Notes: a model not told the origin generated them from the sequence alone. A stretch of DNA of 64,000 nt from Eledone cirrhosa (GCA_964016885.1 OZ024742.1:121892001-121956000), one strand, 5' to 3'; shown: positions 1 to 12,893, counted from the first letter of the stretch. Made by a program: numbers and translations.

Positions 1-389
1 GCACTGGTGCGTGTGTTTCTTATTGGCAACATGACCCTCCCAAAGTATAACAATATATATATATAATATAATATAAATATGCTGGAACGGGCTGCTATTT
101 CTAGTAATCCTGTTAATTGCCAATCGTCCATCTCTTGCTACCCTTCTTGTTGTCCGCCTACCACGTGATATTTTCCCTTTCGAAAATATCACCATTAGCG
201 GTCACTTGAAATTTCCTCTTGATTTGAGAAGAGTTGTGATGTGTCTTAGTAGAGGATATCCTAACTTAGAATATTCCAGTTGTTTGTTACACGCCGAAAC
301 TGCAGTCGGGATCACGAAATTAATGAGACAACTTTTTTTTATCTTGTTTGCTTTTCCCCACTTACGAATTTATATATATATACAATACA

Positions 390-620
390 TAGAAGATGGC
401 GTAGGGCAGAACAAAGGAGAGGCACAAAAACAAAGAAAAGAATCCCCGGTCACTGAAGAGGTCACGGAATGTGTGACGAAAGAACTTTGACAATATATAA
501 ACAACCAACCGGAAATTTATAAATTCCTAAATTTATAAATTTATTATAATAAATTGAAGTGAAAGCATGTGGTGCGTGTGTTTCTTATTGGCAAGATGAC
601 CCTCCCAAAGTATAACAATA
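390..620 (+). mobile_element. Solo PLE pseudo-LTR (family A); the tail of another copy is at 1-55
   Basis: Near-identical to the 3' repeat of the GIY-YIG-bearing element at 39435-39685; contains an HHR motif. Confidence 0.8.
449..491 (+). ncRNA. Minimal type I hammerhead ribozyme motif (family A)
   Basis: GTCA-CTGAAGA-G-GTCAC..GTGAC-GAAA-G-AA-C-TT|TGAC: stem I GTCA/TGAC, 5-bp stem II, very short stem III inside the near-palindrome AAAGAACTTT. Confidence 0.65.
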
Positions 621-675
621 TCCGTTTCAACACACGTTTTCAGATAAAGAATCTTGCTAAACAAATTCAGAAACG

Positions 676-708
<33 letters not shown>

Positions 709-871
709 TAAGTATGTTTTGAAACAGCGAGCAAGTTCGAAATTAGAAAATAGAAGCTTTCACCGTCTTTTTTTACTAAATAAATTTTAGCCTGATAGTG
801 GGGTTTAGAACCCTCAGAGAAATGGAAAAAAGATGAGTATTGACATATATATATATGTATGTATGTATATG

Positions 872-948
<77 letters not shown>

Positions 949-977
949 ATATATGTATGTATATATGTATGTATGTA

Positions 978-1372
978 AGAGATGACCCCTTAGCCTTTGC
1001 CAAGGCACAATTCTGGAAGAAGGAAAACTCTGATATAACACCTGCAACCCTGATGGTATCCAATGATGTTGACCTATTCTTCTTTTTGGTAAATATCATC
1101 TTGCTTAAGAGAGTGGGACTGGCTTTGTGCAGTGCCTTTGCTCACTATAAAAGCTTCACGGCACAGGCATTGCTTTATATCTGGAGATCTCTCTGCATTT
1201 GTCATCACATGGTACCATAGGCCCAGCACTATGTGTCAATAATTGTCACAAGTGTAGTGTTTGTACCAGAGTTTTCAAGTCGCTGGCTGGACTAAAAAGA
1301 CACATCGGTAGGGGTTCTCCTACATGGATATAAAGTAGTGGCCGTACTCGAAAACGAGGTGGCAGCCACCAT
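978..1372 (+). mobile_element. Non-autonomous RTE-derived element, 5'-truncated copy 1
   Basis: Near-identical to 14524-15120 and 57805-58321; ends with a C2H2-finger coding remnant and a short 3' UTR; flanked by microsatellites. Confidence 0.65.
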
Positions 1373-1377
1373 GTATG

Positions 1378-1450
<73 letters not shown>

Positions 1451-2034
1451 GCGTGTGTGTGTGTGTGGATGTGCGTAGAAAATCGAATAAAATATCACAT
1501 ATATACAGAAAAATGTCACCAGTTCTATGCCTGCAGAAATTATTTCTATAATAAAACATACCCGTTTTAACACTGGTCTATATACATATTGACCATGAAC
1601 TGGCAGCAAAAGAAATGAAACATTTCAAGGGAATTATCGGAGACAGCTGACAAGGGAAGTCACTATATTTGACACAATGAGATGAATGGTGGACCTAGCA
1701 CTTAGAACTGGCGGAGATTGTACAGGGGACTCACCAAAAACTTTGCTGTGACGGAGGAGTTTCGTCAACTACATCGGAGGGTCGCTGTGAATATCTGTGG
1801 TGTCACGAAGAGGTCGAAATACAGAGTTAATTCAGCTGCTGATGAGACATCGACTCCTGCATTCATCGGTGCAGGACAACAGCACCTCAATGCACAGGTG
1901 TGTTTATTAAGTATATATATATATATAGGTGTGTTTACTAAGTATATATATAAATACTGCCAAAATTCATCGCTAAGGCTTTCAAATATGTATTCCTAAA
2001 CATACCGTATAATCGCTAGTTATACACATAAACA

Positions 2035-2101
<67 letters not shown>

Positions 2102-2213
2102 GCGTGTGTGTGCGTGCGTGAGTGGGCGTGTGTGCGTGTGTGTGCATGTGTGTGCGTGTGTGTGCATGTGTGTGCGTGTGTGCGTGTGTGTGCGTGTGTG
2201 TGCGTGTGCAGAT

Positions 2214-2247
<34 letters not shown>

Positions 2248-2249
<2 letters not shown>

Positions 2250-2675
2250 CAAAGGAATTGTGGTAAGGAACCAGATGAACCATAACGCACCAGAGTACTC
2301 AATACTTAGGGTAGTAGAGTGGGAAATAGGAAAATGTATGACCCCCGACGGCAGAGCTCAAGCCGTTTCGACGGCTATTTCTGGACTATAATAGAATTTT
2401 TAGCCTGATGAATAAATAGCCGAACTTGTCAAGGGGGTACTTCCTTATATGGGAAGATTGTAGTTGTCAAGAGGATTGGTTAAAATGTGTTGTAAACACA
2501 AATAAGTCTATCATGGCATTTGGTGGGAGGTAGGGGTGGCTGAACTTGCCTGTAGAACAATAGGGGTGTGAGTGGAGCGGTCAAGCGTTGAAAGTGATAT
2601 GTATACAGCACATTCTAAGGATAGTGTAGAAATAGCCGTCGAAACGGCTTGAGCTCTGCCGTCGGGGTCATACTT

Positions 2676-2680
<5 letters not shown>
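2248..2680 (-). mobile_element. Non-coding PLE-like terminal-repeat element (family B) with an inverted partial copy
   Basis: 2628-2680 is the reverse complement of about 2328-2382; (TA)n on both sides; shares sequence with four shorter copies in the window. Confidence 0.8.
2341..2438 (-). ncRNA. Type I hammerhead with U3-A8 variant core and GUC cleavage site (family B)
   Basis: Minus strand: ACCCCC-TTGACAA-GTT-CGGCTATTT..AAATAGCCG-TC-GAAA-CGGC-TTGAGCTCT-GCCG-TC|GGGGGT; 6-bp stem I, 9-bp distal stem II, 5-bp stem III. Confidence 0.75.
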
Positions 2681-2724
<44 letters not shown>

Positions 2725-3551
2725 TATAGATATAGCTACTTGAATATAAGCCATGTCTGATTAGGTCTGAACGCAGCCGAGTTCCGCCGAGTTCTGCCGA
2801 AAGAATCAGCCAGAAACGAAGTGAGAAAGAGAAAAAAAATAGACCCAATTAGGAAAAGGTTTTAGTGAGTTAGTCCCAGGGTTACTTACTCCAGTAAGTA
2901 CCACCGGATCCCATCCACTAAATTTAATAGAAATAAGAGAGAGGAGCATTTTCATACAATTTCATTTCGTGTGAGAATTATCTCTCACTATATTTGAAGT
3001 AATAACTGAAGCATAATAAGTTTCTCAAAAACGAGTATCAAAATGACTTGCGTTTATTGTACTCCGTGTGTGGTAAGCAAATATACCTCGTGGCATGACA
3101 AGGTATAATCCTGAACGATAAGATGTGGTTGGAAAAAGGTTAGCATATTTGCGCTCGATGTGTCCAGTTTGAGAGGTGCCGCCAAAAGAGAGTAAGTGAG
3201 CAAGAGAGATCGAGTGACGTCAGGACACTCCCTTATATACTGGCCACGGGGAAGTAACTCCAATTAGTTTTTTCTCCCCGGACAAGGTGGCGCTAGTCGC
3301 TACAAGGCTCCCCACCAGACGATAGTCGATAATAACCGTAAAGTCATTGTAGCGAGAAGCCATGGAATAAGAAGCAAGCAAAAAAAGGTACATAAATTAC
3401 AATGGTTTGCAACAGAAGCAAAGTATAAAATAAGCATGCAGAAAAATGTATCTAGAACAATACAATTCAAAACAGTACAAAGGAGCAAGGAAAATAGGGC
3501 TCAAAATAAGTTCAACATTTTTCAAAGTCAAATAGTTAATGCTACTAGGGG

Positions 3552-5571
3552 TTAGATGTATATTGTTTTTGAGAGTTTACGTGGCCATATTACTGTCCTG
3601 CCACTTCGTGTGACATAAGGATGTGTGGTATGTAGTGTTTGCGGTGGAGGTGAAGGTGTTGGTGTGGGAGTGTATGTGCGAGGTATGTCAGGCAATGATG
3701 TGAGACTTTCAGAGAAAGCCATCTTTGCTCTGTCAACGGATATTATCTCTTTTCGACCATTGACAGCCACTGTAAAGTGTTTTGGTGTGTGCGAAAGCAC
3801 ACGAAAAGGTCCTTTATAGGGTGACGTAAGTGGTCCCTTGACGGAATCATTCTGTATAAAAATATGTGTCCACGTAGAGATGTCCGACGAGACAGCAGAA
3901 GAAATAGACTGGTCACGAGGGTTCATTGGTGGAATATCCGAGAAATACGAACGAATCCTGGTGACATATGATGCTGGGTCAAGATGCAATGAATCCACTG
4001 GTGCTAACATTTGTCCAGGAAGAGTCAATGTGGTACCATAAAGAAGTTCAGCAGAAGAAAAACCTAAATCTGTCTTAATGGCAGAACGACAACCAAGAAG
4101 TACAATTGGCAAAACTTCGGTCCAGCGTTGCGGATCAGGAGTAACGCGAAGTGCAGCTTTCAACCGTCTGTGAAACCTCTCCACCATTCCATTGGAGGCT
4201 GGGTGATAGCTAGTTGTATGAAAGTGATGAGCACCCAAGAGTCGTGATATTTCACGAAATAAGGAAGCTTCGAACTGTCGTCCGCGATCCGTAGTTATTT
4301 TAGTAGGACCACCAAAGCGAGCAATCCAATTGGAAATGAAAGCTCGGGCAACGGACTCTGCTGTTATGTCCACTAGAGGTATGGCTTCAGGCCACCGAGA
4401 GAAACGATCGATACAGGTCAATATATATGTGAACCCACGACTAACGGGCCAAGAACAAACAATATCCATATAAATATGACGGAAACGTGTGTCTCCCAAG
4501 AGGAGCGCGGACATGTCGATCGATCTTGGAGCTCTGACACTTCATACAAGAACGTGCCCAACCGGTGATTAAACGACGCATATTAGGCCGGAAAAATCGA
4601 GCAGTAATAAGCTTCACCGTGGAAGCTATGCCGGGATGCGACAAGGAATGAAGTGCATCAAAAACGGTACATTGATGGCAATCTGGAACAAGTGGTCTTG
4701 GTGAGCCATTAGAAATATCGCAGAGAATATTTCCTTCAGAAGATGTAAGAGGTAAATATTCCAATATGCAGCAGGAGAACTGGTCAGATGAAATGTCCAA
4801 CGAATCCAAAGTAGGTTGGTCAGTTGCTATGGCAACCAAATCGATATGTTCAGGAGACGCAAGAGAACACACAGAAAGTCGAGATAGTGCGTCCGCGGGT
4901 ATGTTGACAGCTCCAGCTATATGACGAATGTCACTGGTGTACTGGTAGATGAAATCCAAATGTCTGTATGCCCTCGGAGAGTATCTGTCGGACTTAGTTT
5001 GAAGAGCGAATGTGAGTGGTTTATGGTCTGTGAATGCCGTGAACTCCCGACCTTCAAGGAGATGGTGGAAGTGTCTCAGAGCAAGATAAACTGCTAAAAG
5101 CTCTCTGTCAAATGTACTGTAACGTTGCTCTGCTGGTTTTAGTTAGCGTGAGAAGAACGCCAGTGGTTGAACCTGGTGGTCGATCGCATGTTGCAAAACT
5201 GCTCCAACAGCATGATCGGATGCATCAGCAGTTAAAAAAAGTCTCGCGTTTGCAACAGGATGGGCGAGGAAGGAAACTTTAGCTAGCTCAGACTTGACTG
5301 ATTCAAAAGACTGCAAAGCATCGGCAGAAAGTGAAATAGGAGCATCTTTCTTTTTCGCAGCCTTTAAAAACTGTGTCAAGGGGAACAACTTGTCCGCACA
5401 GTTAGGAATGAAACGACGATAAAAGTTAATTAATCCCAGGAAATGACGTAATTGTTTCAGGGAGGTGGGTAATTCGATATGCTGAATCGCTTCTACCTTA
5501 CATGGCAAAGGTCGAATGCCTTCCGAATCTATAAGATGTCCTAGGAATTCCAGTGAACCTGTACCAAACAC
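3552..5571 (-). pseudogene. pol: Gypsy pol remnant: RT C-terminus, RNase H, integrase; disrupted by stops and frameshifts
   Basis: LEFLGH, FLGLINFYRRFIPN, TADASDHAVGAVL, ADALSR, zinc-binding HSLSHPG..CMKC, core motifs [30 protein letters not shown], and a C-terminal YKGPF motif. Confidence 0.95.
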
Positions 5572-5847
5572 ACATCTTATGGTTCGGGATTATACCTTGT
5601 CATGCCACGAGGTACATTTGCTTACCACATATGTAATTCACGGACTACAATAAACGCAAGTCATTTTGATCCTCATTTTGAGAAACTTATTATGCTTCAG
5701 TTATTACTTCATATGTAGTGAGAGATAATTCTGACACGAAATGAAATTGTATGAAAATTCTCCTATCTCTTATTTCTATTAAATTTAGTGGTTTGGATCC
5801 GGTGGTACTTACTGGAGTAAGTAATCCTGGGACTAACTCACTAAAAG

Positions 5848-5865
5848 TGGTGACACCGACGTGGT
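5848..5865 (+). other. Primer-binding site complementary to the tRNA-Trp 3' end
   Basis: TGGTGACACCGACGTGGT, 1 nt after the LTR end; 16/18 match to TGGTGACCCCGACGTGAT, the complement of the eukaryotic tRNA-Trp 3' end as I recall it. Confidence 0.8.
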
Positions 5866-6159
5866 ATTTAATTATGAAAACTGAAAGATGAAAAAACGAA
5901 TTTCACATCAGTCTGATTTGAACTCAAAACACCGGAACAAATAACTCTGCAAATTCGCTATCTTTATACATATATATGAGGGTTGACGTATATAGGAATA
6001 TACTCAGTTAATTGCGAAAAACCAGATACATATAATTACTGATGAAATATTTTCGGTCCTTTTAACATCAATTATATTGAGAGCGTTACTTCCATACATA
6101 TTGTGATAACTATCAAAATGTTTCCGTTGGTCTTTCCAATTGCTAATACTATCTATCCG

Positions 6160-6289
6160 TCGCAACTCCAGGTAGAAGGAGCAACGTGAAATAAAGTGTC
6201 TTTCTCAATGATATAACGCATCGCCCGGTCCAGGAATCGAACTCACAACCTCACGAATCCAATTCTCTTATCACTCAGCCACGCGCCTT

Positions 6290-6290
<1 letters not shown>
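6160..6290 (-). mobile_element. tRNA-derived SINE fragment, second SINE family (related copies about 34860-35005 and 63965-64000)
   Basis: Minus strand has an A-box-like GGCGCGTGGCTGAGTG and a B-box GAGTTCGATTCC, then CACTTTATTTCACGTTGCT, which is shared among the copies. Confidence 0.6.
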
Positions 6291-6680
<390 letters not shown>

Positions 6681-6965
6681 TATTTTCCGTTGTGTTGTAA
6701 TATAAATATTACACACAGTAGATTATCAGCTCACGTAGGGTTTGCTCGACGGTTCCAGTTGTAGTTCCAAAAGCAATGAATGTCTGCATAACTAAAACTT
6801 TGTAGATAGCAGCTGTTTTCAGGTTATGTAACTGTTATAGAAACACGTGTCAATAAATTCCTTTCAACTAAACTGTATCCATTCAAATCTTTCTCTCGCT
6901 CTCTCTCTCTCTCTATATATATATAGATATATGCATATATATATATATGTGTATATATATATATA

Positions 6966-7021
<56 letters not shown>

Positions 7022-7046
7022 TATATGTGTATATATATATATACAT

Positions 7047-7080
<34 letters not shown>

Positions 7081-7106
7081 ACATATATATACATATATAT
7101 AGAGAT

Positions 7107-7300
7107 AACGAAGGAAATGTGGTAATGAACCAAGTGGACCATAACGCACCAAAGTACTCAATACTTAGGGTAGTAGAGTGGGTAATAGGAACGAGTAGGA
7201 CCCCGACGGCTGAGCTCAAGCCGTTTCGACGGCTAATTTTAGTCCATAATCAGCCGTCGAAACGGCTTGAGCTCAGCCGTCGGCGTCCTACTCGTTCCTA
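7107..7300 (-). mobile_element. Palindromic mini-element, family B (3' half of the HHR only)
   Basis: About 135-nt arm followed by a fold-back arm ending CTCGTTCCTA; in (TA)n. Confidence 0.8.
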
Positions 7301-7339
7301 TATATAGATATATATATTTATATATATATATATATATGT

Positions 7340-7386
<47 letters not shown>

Positions 7387-7532
7387 TTTTGAGTTTATGT
7401 TGGTTGTATACCAACACCTCAGTATGCAGGCTGGAGCACTCGACGAAGTGCGCAGGTTGGTTTGGTTACTCCGGAGTAGTGTAAAATAAAGTTAAATAAA
7501 AGTCAAATGATTAAAATTTAGCTTCGTTTATT

Positions 7533-7587
7533 ACTGCTATATATATTTCAGTGACAGCCAGCTTTGGCTGTGACCTCTTCAGGCAGT
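7533..7587 (-). ncRNA. Minimal type I hammerhead (family C), sense copy in the PLE1 3' repeat
   Basis: ACTGC-CTGAAGA-GGTCACAGCCA-aagc-TGGCTGTCACT-GAAA-T-ATAT-A-TA|GCAGT; intact core and palindromic stem III tetraloop. Confidence 0.85.
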
Positions 7588-8804
7588 TTGAATTAGTATG
7601 GTATAGACAAGTACATATGTTGTTTAGGTGTATGATATTGTCAATACTCTGATATGCCCAGTTCCTTGTTGGGTTGTTAATTCACTGGGAAACTGGAGTC
7701 ATATGAATTCAAACAAACGAATTTTCGTGTCACAGGTCCCCTTCTCCTCTCATTGGTCAGTTATTAGAACATTCTTCATTCTAAGTGTTGTTATTGTTGG
7801 AGTTAGCTTAAAAATTGATAAAATGGTAGAAGGGACTAGGTGTTGAAGGAACAAAATATCAAAAAATGTGTCAAACTTCCCATTGTTCAGTTCTGAGAGC
7901 ATTCCTCAGTCAGAAGTCTATAGAATTCTTTCTGGGGTGAGTCTCCCTGTAGTGTTTTTGCCTGCTATTGTTCAGTACATTTGACCTCCACCATTATTTT
8001 GGTACTGTTGTTGTTGTAGTGGTCAGCTTATATCTTGCTGCTGCTAACAATTTAGAAGTATCCAGTTTGTTTGTGTTTTCTCTTCCTCCCACCCGCCACC
8101 ATCGTAGTGGTGGTGGTGGTGGTGGTGGTGGGGGGGGGGGGGTTCTTTCATGTATATGTAGAAATATAAGGCAATAAATGAAGAAAACAGAAAATAAATA
8201 AATAATATAATAAAATAAAATAATAAATAATTTGTGTAATTTGAAAATAAATAAATAAATAGAGAATAAAGAATAAAGAGTAAATGAGAGATTGGTGAAA
8301 AAGTAATGATTATGTATATGGAGAGGTGAGAAATAATGTAGGATAAAGTGTGTGTGTGTGTGCTATAACCAATCTCAAGGTCAGAATATGTTGGATAGAT
8401 TGGTATGATACAAGATGTTAAGATGAGATATTCAATGTGTTTGTGTTATAATCTATCTCAACTTAAAATAAATATAAGGTGATACAGTGAAGAGGGCAGA
8501 AAACAAATAACAAATTAATAAAGAGAAATCAAGATTTAAGATTGGAACTTTAAAGTCAGAAATCTGGTAAATTAAAAGTGTTTGTGTTATAGATGTTGGC
8601 CAGATTATTATGGCTGTGTCCGATTCTATCTCTAGGCTATCATGGTGTCTGCTCCGCCTGGGTTGTTCCCTATGGCTTGAGGGGAGTTCACAACCTAGGG
8701 TGTTGTAATTGCCCATATAGCTTGAGGGAGGTCTGGCCGAGAGGTGTTTTCATGTTCTGTAGAAGTCCCTATAGCTTGAGGGGAGTTCACATCTTCTTGT
8801 GTTG

Positions 8805-11320
8805 CTACTGTCCATATATTTTGAGAAAGGTCCCGGCTCTAAGGTGTCTGCATGTCTCGAAGAAGTCGGTTCTGAGGTTTATCAGGCCGCTTTCCCCTCT
8901 TAGTATCTCGAGGGTCTCGTTCAGGCATAGTTTGCATATGCAAGATCCCCCTTTATCGGGTGGTACTGTCCTGATTATGTACCATGCCAGAGAGTATGGG
9001 GTCCTGTCCAGCTTAAGCTTCCAGAACAGGTCGGAGAGAGCTGTGCTTTTCCTTTTGGCCTCCTTCTTGAATGAATGGCGATGGTTGTACCAGCGGTCCT
9101 TAAAGCTCGTTGATGTGGCTCCTATGTAGAGGTGTTCGGAGTTGGGGGTTTTAACCCTACAACCGTACACTATGTTCTTCTTGAGACATTCATTACCAAG
9201 GGGGCATGATTCGGGGTTTCTACAGTTGCAGAGGGTGGTCGGCCTCTGCGTGCCTAGATTAGGGTTCTCATTATGTGTTACATGTTGGTCTTCCCCCATG
9301 CTCGGTGGGGGGGTCCTTGGGTCTGTTTGTGTTTCTTGGGTGGGCTCTGGGTCCCCCCTTCCCTCCTTTCACATGGTTCTGCTGAGTGTTTGTATTGCCA
9401 TCTTCTGGTTGTGTGTGGTTTTTAAGCCTACTTCTGTTGATGCTAGCTATGTGTTGGGCCAAATTTCTCGTGGTGGAATACGAAAGCTTCACAGTGTGTC
9501 TGTTGAAGATCCTGTGGTATCTGTGGTCCCTCGGGAAGCATTTGTCAAGTGCTCCAAAGAATAATCGGGCCAAGCTTTTCTTTAGGGCCGCTGAGTAGGG
9601 TGGGTTGTACCACGTGATTTGTCGGTGTCTCCTCCTATATGTGTGGGTTGGGGGCTTCGTGATTTGTTGGAGATTTGTTGGTTTGCTGGTGGTTTCCGCA
9701 CTGTTGCTTCCCTTTTGGGCTCTATACTTTTTGTTATCTTCACGGCCCGGATTTGTGGGGTGGTTGTTGTCTTCCCCGGGAGATCCATCGTGGGGTGGTC
9801 GCCCGTTTCCTCCCCCCCACGTGTCCTGCGGTTGGGGTTGTCCGTCCTGGGGTAGTTAGCATCACGCCTGAGACTGCTACTCATATTGTGCTCCATCTCG
9901 TGGTCAAGCGCACTAGTCCCCACCGCCCGTGTGGTGGTGTCTGGTACATGGTGCCTATTTGATTCTGCTCTGCCTGTATTGTTAGGGTTCGCCCTCCCCC
10001 CTCTGGCAACGCGGTTGTGGGTGTCTGTTGGGCTATCCACCTCCCGGCTTTTCGGACTATATGTTATATTTTGTCCATGTGCCGCCTTCTTTAGAGCTGC
10101 GTTGTAATATTCCGCGTGGTTGTTGAATATTTCCTTACTTGCGGACAGGCTGGAGATCCTGTCCGAGACACTCTTCACCACTGCCTTGGTTATGGATCTA
10201 GGGTGGTTTGATTTGGCGTTAACATATACTAGTTTCTCGCTGGGCTTGTGGTAGGGGTAGTATTGCTCGGTGTTCAGGTTTAGGGTGGTGTCTAGGAAGT
10301 TAACTACCTTCCTATTTGGGTCTATTTCTATGCTGAGCCCCTGGTTCTTAAAGAAATGGTGAATACGCCTCCTCATACCCTCCAACATATTGGTGCTGTG
10401 GTCATGTACTGTGAATAGAGCATCGTCACGATATAATCCGCCGCCCAGGCAGGGGATTTCATCTTTTATCTGCTTCAGCAGGTAGAGCCCAACCAGGTCC
10501 GTTACCTGCGCTGAGTCGCTGGAGCCCATCGTGATGTCAAAGTTATTTGGCCAATCACTCCTGGTCCACAGGTCTCCATCGAAGCGGATTAAGGTCTTTC
10601 TTGCGGCGTGGATGATGCTCACCTCCTCTCGGGTTAGGTCCTTATTGGACATCGCTAAAAATAGGGCCTTATTAAGTACTATGGGTGAGATTGAGGAGTA
10701 GTAGCTTGCGATGTCCAGTTGTATAAAGCTGGTCCTACTTTTCTCATGCAGTATTTTGAACCATTCTATTACTTCTCTCGTGCATGACCATTGCTGTAAT
10801 TTGGTTTTCTTCCGAAGCTTGGGCAAAATCCTATCCAGTATTCTTTTACTGACGATCCCTAGGTCAGATCTGGAGGGGGCTATTAGTCTGACAGGGAGGT
10901 CGGACTCAAAGTTTGACTTGTGGTCTTTAAGGGTAATCCGCGGCTCCCTTGGTTGGTATGGGGCCGTCCTGTCCTCTATGCCGATTCTGGATATAATCCT
11001 GTAAGCTGTGGCATTGATCTCATCCAGGGTAAATCCAGGTGTTTTTTTGTAGCACTTCCTCAGTTCCCTGAGGATTAGCTTATTGTACAGTTCAGTGTTC
11101 ATGTTGTAGAGGTTGTTTGTTTTGTCAGCATGGACAAGTATTCCAGTTGTCCCTTTAAGTACTGTAATCCGGTTTCTCAGGTGTCTGAGGTACTCCTGAC
11201 TTCTGGTTGGGTTTCCGGAGAATTTGAGGTTGGATATGATGTTAATCATCTCGTTTTCAAACTCCTCCATTAGTCTGTTGTGGGCTGGGGGGGGGGGGGG
11301 ATTCCTCCTTGATCGAAAAA
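8805..11320 (-). pseudogene. PLE reverse transcriptase plus GIY-YIG endonuclease (Naiad-like), with two frameshifts in linker regions
   Basis: HADKTNNLY, QLDIASYYSSI, ITMGSSDS, GLYRDDAL, VNFLDTTL, ITWYNPPYS, CNCR..CPL..CL, NIVY..YIG, CKLCLNE, CRH. Confidence 0.92.
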
Positions 11321-11472
11321 GGACCTGTGACACGAAAATTCGTTTGTTTGAATTCATATGACTCCAGTTCCCCAGTGAATTAACAACCCAACAAGGAACT
11401 GGGCATATCAGAGTATTGACAATATCATACACCTAAACAACATATGTACTTGTCTATACCATACTAATTCAA

Positions 11473-11527
11473 ACTGCCTGAAGAGGTCACAGCCAAAGCT
11501 GGCTGTCACTGAAATATATATAGCAGT
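11473..11527 (+). ncRNA. Minimal type I hammerhead (family C), inverted copy
   Basis: Exact reverse complement of 7533-7587. Confidence 0.85.
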
Positions 11528-11571
11528 AATAAACGAAGCTAAATTTTAATCATTTGACTTTTATTTAACTT

Positions 11572-11631
<60 letters not shown>

Positions 11632-11649
11632 TATATAGATATATTATAT

Positions 11650-12090
11650 ACTAGCAGAGGTACCCGGCGATACTCGGGTATTAAATAATAGTTATGTGTA
11701 CCAATTATGTAAATACTTCAGTGCTGCTTCGAAAACTATACTTTTACAAAATCATCGGCTTTTTCCAAAATGTGGTTCCTGCCCCCAGAGGTCCCCTACT
11801 CAATATGTGCCAATTCTGAGAGTTAACATTTATCTGTAGAACAAACGTAGCCCATGTGTCATGTGTCAATTTTTGTGAAAATCGGTTGCGAACTCCGGAA
11901 GTTAAGACGTTTTGTTGCATTGCACTGCAGTGCTTCAGTCGATTCAAGAAAGCGCTTCAGGGGGGTTATCTGCCTGGAGGCCCTATAATCAACATCTGGA
12001 ATAATGAAAGTGCCCATGACCATCCGAAGTACATAAGTAACCTATGTCTTAAGTTTGGTGAAAATATTGTAGAAATTCATAAGGTTTACA
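11650..12090 (+). mobile_element. Probable non-autonomous Helitron/Helentron-like element (similar 3' parts at about 13140-13310 and 15165-15445)
   Basis: Starts ACTAGC with a short hairpin TACCCGG..TCGGGTA; AAGTTTG..AATCGG motif followed by (AC)n/ACAG runs; no ORF. Confidence 0.45.
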
Positions 12091-12394
12091 CACACGCGCG
12101 CGCGCGTGTGTGTGTATGTATTTGTGTGTGCGTATGTATATGTATGTCCGTCGGCGCATACGTATGTACTGGCCTAAATCTTCACTATTTACTTTTACTA
12201 TTTTAATAACCTCTGTCATTTTCGTTTACAATTTTATTTACATCATTCTTAAACTCCAGGGCTGGATATCCTTCGACTATTTTAAATAGAATATTAGTCT
12301 AACGACTCCATTTATACCATAAACTTGGTCTTGTCTTTGCATGAAATTGTTCTTCTCGGTCCACATAACGACATATTATCCTCGCTTTTTTCCG

Positions 12395-12574
12395 TTCATT
12401 GCCAAGGAACGTCTTCCCAAACCAAAATATCGTCTTCCTGTTTTCCCTTCGGTTGCAACGTTTCTCGAAATATTTACTTCTGCGTTCACAGATTGAATTT
12501 TTTAGTTTCAGAAGATCCCGTTAATGTTGAAAGCCACGATTCTTTGCTTAAACTTTAATCTGTTCTTATAACAA

Positions 12575-12580
<6 letters not shown>
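12395..12580 (+). mobile_element. Family D pseudo-LTR copy with a degenerate U4A hammerhead-like motif (12504-12554)
   Basis: Aligns with 37046-37197 and 41150-41330. Confidence 0.7.
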
Positions 12581-12622
<42 letters not shown>

Positions 12623-12839
12623 CGAGAGAGAGATGCGTCTTTTTGTGTGTGTGTGTGTGTGTGCGGACATAAATATATATAATACACAGTCACAGTACGT
12701 CTTCTTTGAAAGAGAGAAAGAGACGTTAGATTGAGGAAAGGGGAGAGTTGAACAGTGTGTAATAGATAAATAAATAAAAGTTCCTCACTCTCTTTCTTTC
12801 TTTCTAAACCCCTCTCTCCCTTTTTTTCATACCCTCTCT

Positions 12840-12893
<54 letters not shown>

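Larger units (their letters stand above)
2860..5865 (-). mobile_element. 5'-truncated Ty3/Gypsy LTR retrotransposon with an inverted partial LTR plus PBS
   Basis: 3' LTR 3304->2860 starts TGTAG after a purine-rich tract (3305-3317); pol remnants upstream; 5571-5846 is the reverse complement of 2860-3127. Confidence 0.9.
7384..11579 (-). mobile_element. Penelope-like element PLE1, 5'-truncated, with an inverted terminal repeat
   Basis: Inverted repeat 7482-7739 / 11321-11578 with an HHR in each arm; RT plus GIY-YIG ORF between the arms; (TA)n flanks. Confidence 0.95.

Noticed and set aside
786-830. CTGATAG..GGG/CCC..GAAA hammerhead-like string
   Set aside because: The core is wrong at positions 8-9 and there is no stem I or III.
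1805-1860. Possible type II hammerhead (GTC-GAAA..CTGATGA-GAC)
   Set aside because: Stems I and III would be only 1-2 bp; compatible with chance.
2404-2436. Plus-strand CTGATGA inside the family B stem II loop, suggesting an ambisense ribozyme
   Set aside because: It is followed by GAAC rather than GAAA and has no supporting stems.
11321-11432. N-terminus of the listed 616-aa ORF
   Set aside because: The first 37 or so residues come from the inverted repeat (identical to the ORF at 7628) and are a chance fusion, not the PLE start.
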